Assembly: GCA_030265395.1 (NCBI GenBank)
Contig: JARFYF010000094.1
Coordinates: 91,110,974-91,171,720 of the forward strand
From: Rhina ancylostomus
Taxonomy: Eukaryota
DNA length: 60,747 nucleotides
Direction: 5' to 3'
Part shown: piece after piece, positions 1 through 12,089 of the stretch
Layout: each line of letters opens with the position of its first letter
Numbering within the stretch: position 1 is the stretch's first letter
Notes under the pieces: generated by a model
Databases searched by the model: none
What the model was told of the DNA's origin: nothing
The model's input: only the letters and a program-made list of their open reading frames with translations
Position numbers and translations under genes: made by a program

Positions 1-389
1 CTGCCACAATTGACAGCTGATCTGGGATTCTATTCTGGACTGGTATTGTCTCTTGGCATTTCTGATAGCGTTATGGAGGTTGTATCTCGATTTCTTGTGA
101 AGGTCAGGGTCACCTGATTTGAATGCTGCAGTCCTCAACTTCAATAGGCAGTGGATTTCACAGTTATTCCAAGGTTTCTGGTTTGGAAACACCTGGATTG
201 TCCTCTTTGGTACACAGTCCTCAACAAACTTGCTGATAAAGTCAGTGATGGTGGTGGTATACTCATCTGGACTGGCAGCTGAGTCTTTGAACATGGACCA
301 GTCCACTGACTCAAAGCAGTCGGGTAGAAGCTCATCTATTTCCTCAAACTAGCATTGTACCACTTTCTGTACTGGATACTCCCGTTTCA

Positions 390-990
390 GTAATTTACCT
401 CACCTGCTCTTACCTGCTCTTCCCCTACCCAGTATACAATTCTCCTTGACCTAACCTTCCACTCCTCCACATTCAATAGATCCTCCCAGATTTCTAACAT
501 GATGTAACCACCAGGCACATTTTCNNNNNNNNNNNNNNNNNNNNNNNNNNNNNNNNNNNNNNNNNNATTTACTTGTTCATCTCCACCAATACCCCATTCC
601 CCTTCCGTTGATACCTTCTGTGCAACCACAAAAGTTGCAACATTTAGCCTTTTACCTCTTCCCACCCTGCCTTCCAGAGCTCCGAATGCACTGTCCAGAC
701 AAAATAGCAATATACTTGTACTTATTCCAATTAATTGTGCTGCATTCGATGCTCGTGATCTTATCTCCTTCACTGTGGGGAACCAAAGTGCTCCTGAGAC
801 TGAGTTTGCAAAGATTGGTGGAAAAGGGGGGAAGGGTGTTGTGGGGTAACATTTCCTGTAAGTCGAGGCTGGGGTTATCACAGGGTGGTGGAGCAAGATC
901 GGAAGAAGAGATGATGATGCTGGCACTTGTTGGGGAGTGGTGACCTGGATGGAGTCTATAATCAACGAGATAGAAGCAGGTTAATTTGGT
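390..990. mobile_element. Rearranged Penelope-like retroelement remnants
   Basis: Degenerate match to the GIY-YIG region (tgctgcattcgatgctc...ctccttcactgtgggaaccaa) seen more clearly at 16.9-17.7 kb. Confidence 0.45.
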
Positions 991-3624
991 GAGATGGGTG
1001 CTAAGTGTGTACTGGATACATTCTTGTATCCACAGCCCACAAGTAGTGCCAGAAAGCTGTTTAAACTCTTCTAAATATCAATCTGCAGCTCCCTTTAGCT
1101 GCTGGGCTAATCCTAGGAAGAGAGATAAACCCAAGGTAAACAGCCTCATTTAAATGAGTAATCTGCCTCTAGGGAGAGGTTTGGTTGTCTGTCTCATTCT
1201 GACTGCTGCCTAAGCTCAATGTGGCAGGCTGGGGTCAAGTTTGAAATTTAAAACATGTTGCCTCACTTAAACCAAAGCCCCATTTTTGGGAGTTTAAATT
1301 GCCCTCTAAATATTTTCATACTGTGTGAGTGAATGGCCATCACTTCCTTACTTTCCCACCCTGAAGGTTCCCTTTTATTTTCAACAGAAAAATAAATAAA
1401 ATAATCAGAGAATAACCTATTTTTGTCTTACAACATCTGCACTAAGAATAAATGGCTTATTGGTCATTCCTTTCACCATCACCTGGTGGAAATAAACAGG
1501 ATGACTTAGATTCTCCAGCTAACCACATCACTAACCACAAACCAGAAAAGTACAGGAAAGTTACTTTTGACTGCAAACAACATCATGTAGCTAATAACTC
1601 TTGTGTTACTCAGACAGCCCTCAACTTAGCAGAACAGCTGTTCATCGGAGTCATATACAGGAGGGTACTCATTTAATCTAACTGTTCAATTCATTCATTA
1701 ACAGCATTGCTGGGAAAGCCAGCATTTATTTCTCATCCTTAGGTGGTGGTGAGTCACTTTTTTGAACTCATGCAGTCAGTATAAGGATGATACTCCCACA
1801 GGTCTGCTGGATAGAGAGTTGTATGATCTTGAATTAGATAAATGGTAGAATGGTAATATATTTTCAAGTCATGACAGTGAATGACTTGGAACAGAGGAAG
1901 GGAGATAGTGATATTCCTTTGTGTCTAATGGACTTATTATTTTATGTGATAGATCACAGCATCAGGAAATGTAGAAATATACATGCCTAAAAGTCAGAGG
2001 ACAAGGAGCCTGCATGTAAGATAAAATGTGAATGAAAGTAAGAGTCTTGCAGCATGAATTATGAAGTCTGTAATTTTTGTTCTGGGTTCCCTCAAGTGTT
2101 TAACACACTGTTGATTCTCAACAGGCACAAGAGTATCCAACAAACACTTATTTCAACATGCTTGGGATTTCCATTGTTGAGTAGCCCATGCAGTCGACAG
2201 GTTGTTCCTGCAGCAGCAGCCTTTCACAATATTTGTTATGCCTGACTCCTGCATTGTTTAAAGGGGGCTTCCCTGAGCAGGTCCCTGACCAATGTTAGGA
2301 ATACAGGCTGTTTACTTATGGGCTTTCCTATTCACCCAACCCCTGTTTCCCTACCCCCCACCCCCCCTCAACAATACTGGCATCTATCTTCCCTCAATCT
2401 TGTNNNNNNNNNNNNNNNNNNNNNNNNNNNNNNNNNNNNNNNNNNNNNNNNNNNNNNNNNNNNNNNNNNNNNNNNNNNNNNNTTCAAAACATATCCAAAT
2501 ATTTGTGCATCTGGATCCCCAACACTTAGCTACTTCCCTATGATCAGCAGTCCCAGACTAATCCCACTATCACTGTTTGAGAGCAGCTGACCTCATCTCC
2601 TGATCCCCAACCTTCTCCCCCCTTGACTTGTCTCCCAGAATTGCCTGATTTTCTTTGCATGCTCTGAACTGGTATAGCAAGCCAAGTAAAGGCTTTATCT
2701 CACACACACAGCTAATTTGGAAATACTTGATATCAATGACCTTAGTTCAGTGCCTACTTTATGTCGTTCTGAAGCCATTTAAAAAGTTCTAGGCTGTTAT
2801 TGTTACACATTGTATTGAGACAATATTATAGTTGACTTAACTTCAAAATAGTATTTTGTTGTGATGCTTTTCCATGATGTATAATTCATCAGGTTTTGAC
2901 TGTCTTGCAGACTTTCACTTTATCATTTTAAAGCTAGGAACACAATCACTTGTTTAAGGTAATATATTCAGAGAAAAGAACATGTTTGGTCATGATGATT
3001 TTGCTTGGTCTTAAAATAGGATTGAAACAGCACCATCAAAATTTATTTGATGTAGAATGTCAGCACAACCTAAGTCTTCTTAACTTTTGTATTGATTTGG
3101 TGTCCAAATTGGTCACTTTGGAACTTTGTGGTAGTATCTTGCTAGCTCACTTAAATGTCTAATACTGCTCGGTCAATTAAAACAATGCTGGACGTGCTCA
3201 GCAGGTCAGGCAGCATCTATGGAGGGAGAGCAATTGTGGAAGAGGTAGTGAATTGAACAATAATTGAAAAGCAAAAAAATTACAGATGCTAGAAATCTGA
3301 AATCAAATCTGAAATAAAGATAGAAAATGCTGGGGATGTTCACCAAGTCATATAGCAACTGTGGAGAGCATTCTCCAGCTAATTATATCAGTTTCTTTGT
3401 ATAATTAATTATATTTACTCTGTGATGCCAAATATTGCTTTACTATGTTGGATGGTTAGATTTGTGACCTGAGTGAACATCATTTGTTATGTACCATAAA
3501 ATGTAGGCAGCCCCAGCACTGTTTGAAAATAGAATGTAACAGATGTTTTAAAGTGTTCCTCAGCCAGTTGCCTTTATCTTTAATGCATGTAATTCATTGA
3601 ATGGGAAATATTAATAGATAGATG

Positions 3625-3970
3625 TCAGTTATAGCTCAGCTGATCGTACTTGGAGTCAGTGGAATGTTATGGTTTTGTGACCTAGTCTAGAGACTTTAAC
3701 AGGAATGTAGGCTGGAACTTTTATTGTTTGAGTTAATTTCTTTCAGATGAGATGTTGAACTGAAGTTGTGTCTGTCTTTCAAGTGGATCTAAAACCTCAC
3801 AGTAGTATTTCAGAGAAGAGTGGGATATACCTTCCCANNNNNNNNNNAACATTTAACCCTCATTCAATGGCCAGCAGAGATTATTTGAACATTAACACAT
3901 TGTTGTTTCTGTGATTTAGTGAACAAATTGTTGTGGTTTGTACATTGCAGCAGTGAGTACACTTCACAAA
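3625..3970 (+). mobile_element. Deu-domain SINE (SacSINE1/AmnSINE-like), degenerate
   Basis: tRNA-like head (tagctcag) then ctttcagatgagatgttgaactga...gtggatctaaaa...tatttcagagaagag...acattgcagcagtgagtacacttca, recognisable as the Deu core. Confidence 0.6.
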
Positions 3971-4095
3971 TGCACAACATTTTGTAATTCAATGTTTGTG
4001 AATGCAGGCTCTTTCAATAATTAGACTGTGCTGCTTTAACTTATTTTTCAAACTAAAAAATTTTCAACTAGTAAATTTCTTCAATCATTTAACAG

Positions 4096-4195
4096 AGCAA
4101 AGAAGCAGATGCAGTGTCTTTGGATGCTGGGGACCTCTATCAGGCTGCAAGGGAATACAAACTGAAACCAGTGGTTGGAGAGAAGTATGATCAAG
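4096..4195 (+). CDS. MELTF: Melanotransferrin exon 3-equivalent (N-lobe; SKEADAVSLDAGDLYQAAREYKLKPVVGEKYDQ)
   Basis: aacag|AGC...CAAG|gtatt, 100 nt; transferrin ADAxxLDxG motif with the Asp iron ligand (4123-4125); frame continues into the next exon. Confidence 0.95.
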
Positions 4196-4784
4196 GTATT
4201 GCACATATGGATACAAAGATATTTCACATTAATATTTAATTAACATCAATATTAAACATAATAGTTAATGTTANNNNNNNNNNCATTAATTGCACACAGC
4301 CAATACATGCACCCCGTGCATCTCTCAATTCACCTTTATATAGGTAAAGGAGGACACTGATAAACTTTGCTATTGGAAAGTTGCATCAGACTTCATATTG
4401 TACAGGGAGCCACAGAATTAGGGGTGGGAGAAAGTGTACTGGGGAGATTAGCACCTCTAGCCTTGAAGATTTGAGAAGCTGGAGAATATAAAAAGGACAC
4501 AGTGCAAATGGTTCTGTTGCAGGGTTAATCAGAGATCTTTATTTGTTCACTGTCACACTTTGTCATGGGAAGGCTGATTCTGATTCCACGTTACACACTG
4601 AAGAGCTGAGGTTTGTGTGTGGTGAGGTATCAGCTAAAATTTTAACTCCAGCATATGGTGGAATCAGGACTTCTGACCATAAAGCGGTGAGGAGATGCAG
4701 ATTATCAGCAGAGTCGTCATTGATCGGACCATGCGTCAAAGCAGTGTCAGTATGTGCAGAACAACTTTCTTTGGAGTAGGGTCA

Positions 4785-4965
4785 AATGTCACTAATAATC
4801 ATGAAATCACATGTTTTGAAGTCTGGCCGTTCAATTATAATAGATGTGAAGTCCTTCCAATATGACAAAGTAGTCCTCTCAATTTTATTTACAAGCCTAG
4901 ACCAAGAGCCTGTGCCAAGTGGCTTAACATCAAAATCTTGGCAATATAAATATATGAGCATAAGA
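4785..4965 (-). mobile_element. Short L1/Tx1-like RT fragment
   Basis: Minus-strand peptide WSRLVNKIERTTLSYWK resembles the post-RT region of L1-clade ORF2. Confidence 0.35.
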
Positions 4966-5899
4966 AACTGAAGCAGGACTAGACCGTATGACCCTCGAGC
5001 CTGATCCACCATTCAAAAAGATTGTACCTCAGTTGACTGTCCATTTCTCAGATCTTTTAATTGCACCAGTGTCCAATAACATCAATTGATTTCAACATGG
5101 GCATACTTAGTAACTGAGCACCCACCACCCTCGAAGGTAGGGAATTACAAAGGAATGCTATTTTACACCTCGATAATGCAGACATCAAGGCTCTAATCTT
5201 TACTGGGCACAATTTCCAAGCTGCTGTTGGGTGGGTGGGTGCCGGTGGTGGAGAGAAGAGTGGTGGAAGTGTACCAAACATTGTCTTTGCATCATTTTTT
5301 TTTTGCCTGCCCAAAAATCAGCCTCATTAGCCACTGTGTTTGAGGAAGCAGGGCTTGGGCCGCCGGAGTAGTGAATGCAAGGGCATAGGTGAGTTTTTTC
5401 CCAGCCAGTAGCAATAAGGCAGCACAAGTCATCTGGGGAACAGAAATGAGCGATTGGTGATTATGGTGAGTTCCTGATTGTCTGAAGGTGTACCTTGGTG
5501 TTCATTCAAATATTTGGTGATATCATCACAGTGTCATAAAGCAGGAAAGAAGCCCTTTGACCAAGTGAGTCTGTACCAACCATTAAGCACCCATTTACAA
5601 TAATCCTACACCAGTCTAAAGAATACGGCCTCATTCAAGTATTTAAATTAACACCTGCCTCCTTCCCACAGATTTTAAAATTGGAGATAAACAGTTAAAG
5701 GCAGGTTAGATTTGGGACTGCTGTTTGGTTTTTAAAATTTTCTGCCACATTTCGGATGGAAATTCAAGTATAATACTCGATTTGGGGTGGCATTGCAATA
5801 TTATTAAAGTCCCATTAACTCCAAATTAAATGCTTATTAGATTTGCCTTGATTCACATTGATGCTAATTTATTTTTTGGTGTCTTTCTCTTTCCTTTAG

Positions 5900-6085
5900 A
5901 AGTTGGAACCTTTTATTATGCAGTAGCTGTTGTTAGAAAATCAGACAATTCAATCACAATCAACAATCTGAAAACAAAAAAGTCTTGCCACAGTGGATAT
6001 GATAGAGCAGCAGGATGGAAAGTTCCGATTGGTTATCTGATTAACACTGGAAAAATGTCTGTGATGAGTTGTAAATTTTCACAAG
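5900..6085 (+). CDS. MELTF: Melanotransferrin exon 4-equivalent (EVGTFYYAVAVVRK...KSCHSGYDRAAGWKVPIG...KFSQ)
   Basis: tttag|AA...CAAG|gtaaa, 186 nt; YYAVAVV and SCHxGxxRxAGW transferrin motifs. Confidence 0.96.
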
Positions 6086-8182
6086 GTAAAGCTGGGGCCT
6101 TAAAACTGCATTTAGATGCTATTGTATCTCACTTTCTGAGTGTTGCTGTCTATTCTGATCAATATCTATCTTGCTCTCTCCCTTACCAATCACTCCATGT
6201 TCATTTGTTTCTATTTGTGCCTCCTATTTGTCACTTTCAATTTCCATCAGTCTACCTCCTTCACCCTGTTTCTGTCTTGCTGTCTGCCTCATCTGGTTCT
6301 CTTTCATCAATTGTTTCACCCATTTGTTTGCCTGTCATCCATTCTTCCTCTTCATCCACTTCCATCATTCTCCACCCCTGCATCCTCTTTTTTTTTGTTT
6401 AATTTATGATAATTTCATTTCATATCCCTTTTTCATTTAGCTAGTCCTTTCAGATTGCATTCTTTTCATTTTGGTGTCACTGAGTAAGTAACTGACCAGA
6501 ACACATCAGCTGGATAACTGAGCAATACTAAAACTCTTGGTTTTTCAGGTCCATCATTTATGTAACATGGGTGATATCTTGCCCCATACTGAGAGTGACT
6601 GGGAATTCATCACAAAGCAGAACAGAAAATTCCATGTAAAAACCCCACCTCCCGAACCCCAGTGGATTTTATGGGGTTGGAAGTCTGATGGGTTTTGGGT
6701 CACCTGCGGTTCGGGAGGGGCTCAGGGAAACGGCTCTGGTTTCTTGGGGGTTCAGAGGTGTGGTGTCTCTCTCTCTCTCTCTCTGGGTTCGGGGAGGGGG
6801 TTGGGATTCAGATTGGGGATCACGAGGGTCTCAGTTGGAGTCTCTCCAGTGGGTTCAGGGAGTTTCTGGTCTCCCGGGAGGGGGGCAGTTTGGGTGCCTT
6901 TGGGATGTCAGGAGTATTGTTGGCTAATATTTTGACTTTTATAATAATTGTTTGCATAACAAAATGGCTATTAATTAACTTGATATGTGTGAAGGCAAGA
7001 ACCTCAGTGAAGGGTTGATGAACATGAACTCCTTATCCAAAAGCTGAAATGTTGTAATAGTGGAAAAAGATGAAAAACTTACTTCTCTGAGACACTTTGA
7101 GCAAAGAAGACCCAATTGCAAGGTGTCTTAGAGACAACAGAGTAAAAGAGCATGAAGATGCAATTGTAGTCATTACCGCTATTAGCTTTGATGCATTGTA
7201 GCTGTAGCTATAGGCCGTGCAGTAGTTGGTACAGCTTTTCAGAGTGAAGAAGCAGTTATATATACAGAGTGAAGAGGCAGTTCATCACCTTCAATGTTAG
7301 GTCAGTGTGCCTTTGCTCATTAAAATGTATGTGAGGCAGGGTCAGCAAAATACCTTTCCAAAGGAGTATTACCTGCTTGGAATCTCTTTTTCTAATCCTT
7401 TATAAGACATAATATAAAGTGGGGTAGGGATCTCCCAATGAGAAATCCACTTATTTTGGATGTACTAAAATACGGTGATAGAAGAATACTTGGAGGAAAT
7501 CTCTGTCGAGTAAGTGGACAAGGGATGAAAAAACAAAAAAAGAGAAAAGTTTAAAGTATAGTCTCAAAATATAGTCTCAAATATAGTCCTGATTCCCAAC
7601 TCTGTCGAGGCAGCAGTTCCAGCCAGGAGAAGCATCAGGTATGCATCTTCCCTTCCAGCCTCACCATAGCTCTCATTCTTTGACACACAGAGAGTCCAGG
7701 ACTATTATGCTTGATATGTCCTCATCTGAGAAGCCAACATCCCAGGAATCAACCTGGTGAAACTTCACTTCACTGCCTCGAATTCAAGTATATCCTTCCA
7801 TAGGTAGGGAGACCAGACCTTAAAGGAAATCTGATACAACACATCATCTTCCATTTGTGCCATGTTTCAACCACCATTTTGCAATTGTAAATGAGCCCTG
7901 CTTCTCCAATTCCTGATTCATTGCAGGAGCTTGATATTGATTGTGAAAATTTGGAAGCATAGCTGAAAAAAATACATTATGCAAAATGGACAGACAGTTC
8001 ACTTTTCTTTAAAGCCTTGTGATAAAAGATTTACAGCCTTTGAAAGACACAGCAACCTTGTTTCTCACTGGATAGAAAAATAAAATCTGGCTGGAATCAA
8101 TGCAATACAGTCATATTAAGAAGCCATTTTAACTTATAATCAGTTTTTTAAAAGATGGACCATCAAGACATCCTGATTAATA

Positions 8183-8745
8183 GCAGCGTGCTTGATAGGC
8201 ACTCCATCTGCAGCGTGCTTGATAGGCACTCCATCCACAGCTATTCACTCACTCCACCACCAACACACAGTAGCAGCAGTCTGTACCATTTACAGGATGC
8301 ACTGTAGCCACTCACCAAGGCTTCTTAGAAANNNNNNNNNNNNNNNNNNNNNNNNNNNNNNNNNNNNNNNNNNNNNNNNNNNNNNNNNNNNNNNNNNNNN
8401 NNNNNNNNNNNNNNNNNNNNNNNNNNNNNNNTAGAAAACAGCTTTCTAACACACAAATTCTCCAATCTAGAAGGACAAGGGCAGCAAAAGCATAGGAAGC
8501 ACCACCTGGAAGTTGCCCTCCAAGCCACACACCATACTGACTTGGAAATATATTGTTCCTTCACCATCATTGGGTTGAAATTCTGGAACTCCCTCCCTAA
8601 CAGCATTATGGTATACCCACATCTCAAAGTCTGCAGTGATTCAAGAGGGCAACTCCGCCCCAGCGCCCCCCCCCCACTTCCTTCTCAAGGGCAATTAGGG
8701 GTGGGCAATTAAATGCCAGATCAGCTTGTGAAACCCACATCCCTT
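8183..8745 (+). mobile_element. LINE 3' end (CR1/L2 superfamily); the same family appears reversed near 1-390, 1700-1920 and 50830-50940
   Basis: Recurrent tail cttctcaagggcaattaggg.tgggcaa.taaatgc; begins with a 27-bp tandem duplication (8183-8235). Confidence 0.6.
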
Positions 8746-8804
8746 CTAAGCAGTTTAAAAAAAATCCAATCTGCACGATCCATTATTTATTTATTTTCTT
8801 CTAG

Positions 8805-8961
8805 CTGTGAGTGATTTCTTCACAAAAAGTTGCATCCCAGGAGCACAGGGTGTGGATTTCCCATCAAGTCTTTGCCAATTGTGTATTGGTGATGAAGAAA
8901 ACACAAACAAATGTGTGGACAATTCGAGTGAGAGATATTTTGGCGACAGTGGGGCATTCAG
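8805..8961 (+). CDS. MELTF: Melanotransferrin exon 5-equivalent ([14 protein letters not shown]...LCQLCIGD...[11 protein letters not shown])
   Basis: ctag|CT...TTCAG|gtaca, 157 nt; FFxxSCxPG, LCxLC and GAFR motifs. Confidence 0.96.
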
Positions 8962-9590
8962 GTACATCATTTCCATAACTGTTTTTGCTTGTTTCTTCAT
9001 ACATAGCAGATGTAGTATAAAGATCATAAAAATTAACTTCTTTACTGGCCTAGGGAGTGAATGCATGGTGTGATGCTAATTTTTATACACCACATTCTCA
9101 GATTAATCTCTCATCTAATTAGATGATGCTACCTTGCCCTTCTCCCCCAACTCTCCTCCATTGGCAGCCGTAGCTCTGCCTGACTGTGTGTTCTCCTGTC
9201 CTTCATCCTGAAGATTATAATTTTCTTCACTTCCTCCCTCCTACTAGAACCAATAATGTGTATGTGCAGTATCTGCTCTTTAAGCTTCTGTTCCTACTTG
9301 GATATTTGTCAGCAATGAAATGTAACGTTAAGGGCACATTTCATGAGCTCTCCAGCAGTTATACCTGAGAGAAAAGGAAACATTTTACAAACAGTTTTTC
9401 TCTGCCTGATTGCTGCATTTATAGATGGAATGTCTTCCCAGGCACGGTGGTAGTGGGATGGGCGAGCTGCAGGAATAATAACATACTGCTGGAATAAAAT
9501 TACTGCTGGGTTATTTCACAACCTTAAGTCTTTACCATCAAAAAACATTTACTTCTTGTCTTTTTGAATGTGCCTTTTTGTTTACTTCAG

Positions 9591-9658
9591 ATGCCTAGCT
9601 GAAAATGCAGGTGACGTTGCCTTTGTTAAACATTCTACTGTGTTGGATAATACAGATG
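9591..9658 (+). CDS. MELTF: Melanotransferrin exon 6-equivalent ([22 protein letters not shown])
   Basis: ttcag|ATG...GATG|gtgag, 68 nt; GDVAFVKH motif. Confidence 0.96.
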
Positions 9659-10314
9659 GTGAGTGATGGGGTAGCATGCCACACTGATTTGTTTTTTAAT
9701 GTGAGTTGCAGGATTTGTGTTTCACTAAAGGAATTCCATCATGTTTTGAATATGCATGTAGCATTGATTGATGGGTCTGTATTTGCACTCTTTCTATTGC
9801 CAATAATTTGAAGAAAACTTGTGATCTCTCCTGTTCATTGATTGTCTTGTACCTGGAAGGTGATATAGAATTATCTAATCTGTGAAGAATTGACCCAAAG
9901 TTCAAGCTCACTGCCCTTTGTTGGATCTCTTGGTTTAGTTCAAGCTGGCCAGTGCTGGCCCTGTTTTGACTTGTGAAGGAGCATCCATAACTGAGATTCC
10001 CTTCACACAGAAATGAGTCTGAACCAGAGCCCAGGGAGATTGGGGGGGGGGGGGTGGGGTGGGGGTGGAGATCATATGGTTTAAGTGTGGCATTGAGGGA
10101 ATTTTAAGTTCACATTGACTGTAGGAAGATGTTGACTGTAGCTTCAAGCAGTTTACTTGTTCACTAAGAGTTAGAGAGAAAATGCCAGGTCAATATACCA
10201 AGATGAACACACACTCTCAGTGAGTTCCTGTGTTCCTGTTGATTTATGAGTGAAATTTTAGTAATGTTGGCATTACTGTCCATTACCAGTACATCTTCAG
10301 TTAATAGGGAAACA

Positions 10315-10530
10315 ATGGACTGCAGATGCTGGAATCTAGATGAAAGAACAACAGGATGCTGAAGGAACTCAGCAGGTCACGTAGCATCCATGGAGAAAAG
10401 CAGATGATCAACATTTCGGGTTGATCATCATTGACCATCTGCTTTTCTTCATTGACTGAAACATTGACCGTCTGCTTTTCTTCATGGATTCAGCCTGACC
10501 TGCTGAGTTCCTCCAGCATTTTGTTGTTTT
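10315..10530. mobile_element. Head-to-head pair of Penelope-like terminal repeats forming an inverted repeat
   Basis: 10347-10417 is the approximate reverse complement of 10458-10528 (gatgctg.aggaactcagcaggtca / tgacctgctgagttcctccagcat). Confidence 0.7.
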
Positions 10531-10829
10531 TACTTTTTTAGTTAAGGTTTGTAAGTTACTGCTGAATCTGAAGTTTCTGTCAACTGTGTTTTCCCATCTG
10601 TAGATCAGTCCCACCATTGGTTTCCACTCTTCCTCACCCTTCCTTTCCACTCAAAGTCTTGCTTTGGGGTTTTTCACACCAAAGCTGTTGACATAAAACC
10701 ACCTGCAATGGTCCTGGTCCCCTGAGTGGCTCCATTTTCATTCTCCAACTGACTATTTTGTTTCTCTTCTAGTGTAAGATTTTTCACGTAATTACTTCAC
10801 TCAGTGGCATGTATCCTCCACAACATATA

Positions 10830-12088
10830 CATAATTGGAAGCAGAAGTAGGCCTTTTTGCTGTTCAGGCCCACTCTGCCATTTATCATGATCATGGCTGA
10901 TCTTCTAGCTCAATGCCATTATCCTGCACTATCCCCAGGTCCCTTGATTCCTTAAATATCTAGAAATCTACTGATCACCGTTTTGAATGAACTCAATAAC
11001 TAATCTCCAGAACCGTCCAGGCAGAAAATTCCAAAGATTCACTACTCTCAGGGTAGTTTCTCCTCAGCTCAGTTCTAAATGACTTACTGCTTATTCTGAG
11101 ACTGTGACTCCTGGTTCTGAGCTCCTCTGTTCTATTCAATCTCTTCTCATGTGGAAAACTTAACATCCCTGGAAATATCCTAGTGAATCTTTATTGCACT
11201 CCCTCCATGGCAAGTATATCCTTCTTCAGGCAAGAAGGCCAATATTGTACATTATATTCCAGACAAGGCTTCGCTAAGGACTCTATATAATTGCAGTAAG
11301 ACATCTTACTCCTGTACTCATATATCCTCTCATAAAGGCCAGCATACCATTTGCCTTCTGAATCACTTGCTGCACCTGAATGTTGGCTTTCATTTTTAAA
11401 TCGAGGTGTGCCTGTGGATCTCTTTGGACATTAACAGTATCCAATCTCTTACCATTTAAAAATGTTCTTCTGTTTGGTGCACCTAAGTGTATAACTTCAC
11501 CTTTTCCGCACTGCACCTGCCATGTTTTTGTTCATTCATTTAGCTTGTCTATATTCCCTTGAAACCTTTTTACGTCATCCTCCCTACTCTCAATCCCATC
11601 TGTTTTTTTTAATCAGCAGCAAACTTGGAGATATGGAATTTGGTCTGTTCACCCAAATCATTAATATACATTGTGAATAGCTGGGTCTTAAGCAGAAAAT
11701 CCCTCCAATATCTGCCTAGTCACAGCCTATCAACGTGAGAAAGATCTGTTTATTCTCACTTATTACGTTATTTGAAAATCACTTCCCAATCCATGTCAGT
11801 ATATTACCCACAAATTTGTGTGCTTTCACCTAATAGGCCAATTTCCAGTGTGGGGGCCTTATTGAAGGCCTTATGAAAATCCAAATGCAACACATCTGCT
11901 GGTGTTCCCTTATTTCCCTACTAGTTACATCTTCAAAGAAATCTTGTCATTAGTTAAACATGATTTTCCCTTTCATAAATCCATGCTGATTCTGTTCAAT
12001 CCTATTATACTTCCCAAGCTATTTTGTTATTGCATCTTTTAATGTAGACTCCAGTACCTTCCACCACTTACTTTAGGCTAATAAGTCA
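10830..12088 (-). mobile_element. Old CR1 LINE (3' end and RT); resumes at ~14050-14250
   Basis: ORF 11283-11516 (EVIHLG...LNGKRL...VQRD...VQQVIQKANGMLAF) is CR1 RT C-terminal sequence; frameshifted. Confidence 0.85.
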
Positions 12089-12089
12089 G

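Noticed and set aside
1-4095. Search for MELTF exons 1-2 and promoter
   Set aside because: No signal-peptide exon or RWC-containing exon was found; the region is repeat-derived intron, so the 5' end is probably outside the window.
5830-6440. 190-aa ORF extending exon 4 with a hydrophobic tail, suggesting a membrane isoform
   Set aside because: There is a good donor at 6085/6086; the extension is T/C-rich intron that is open in all three frames because of its composition.
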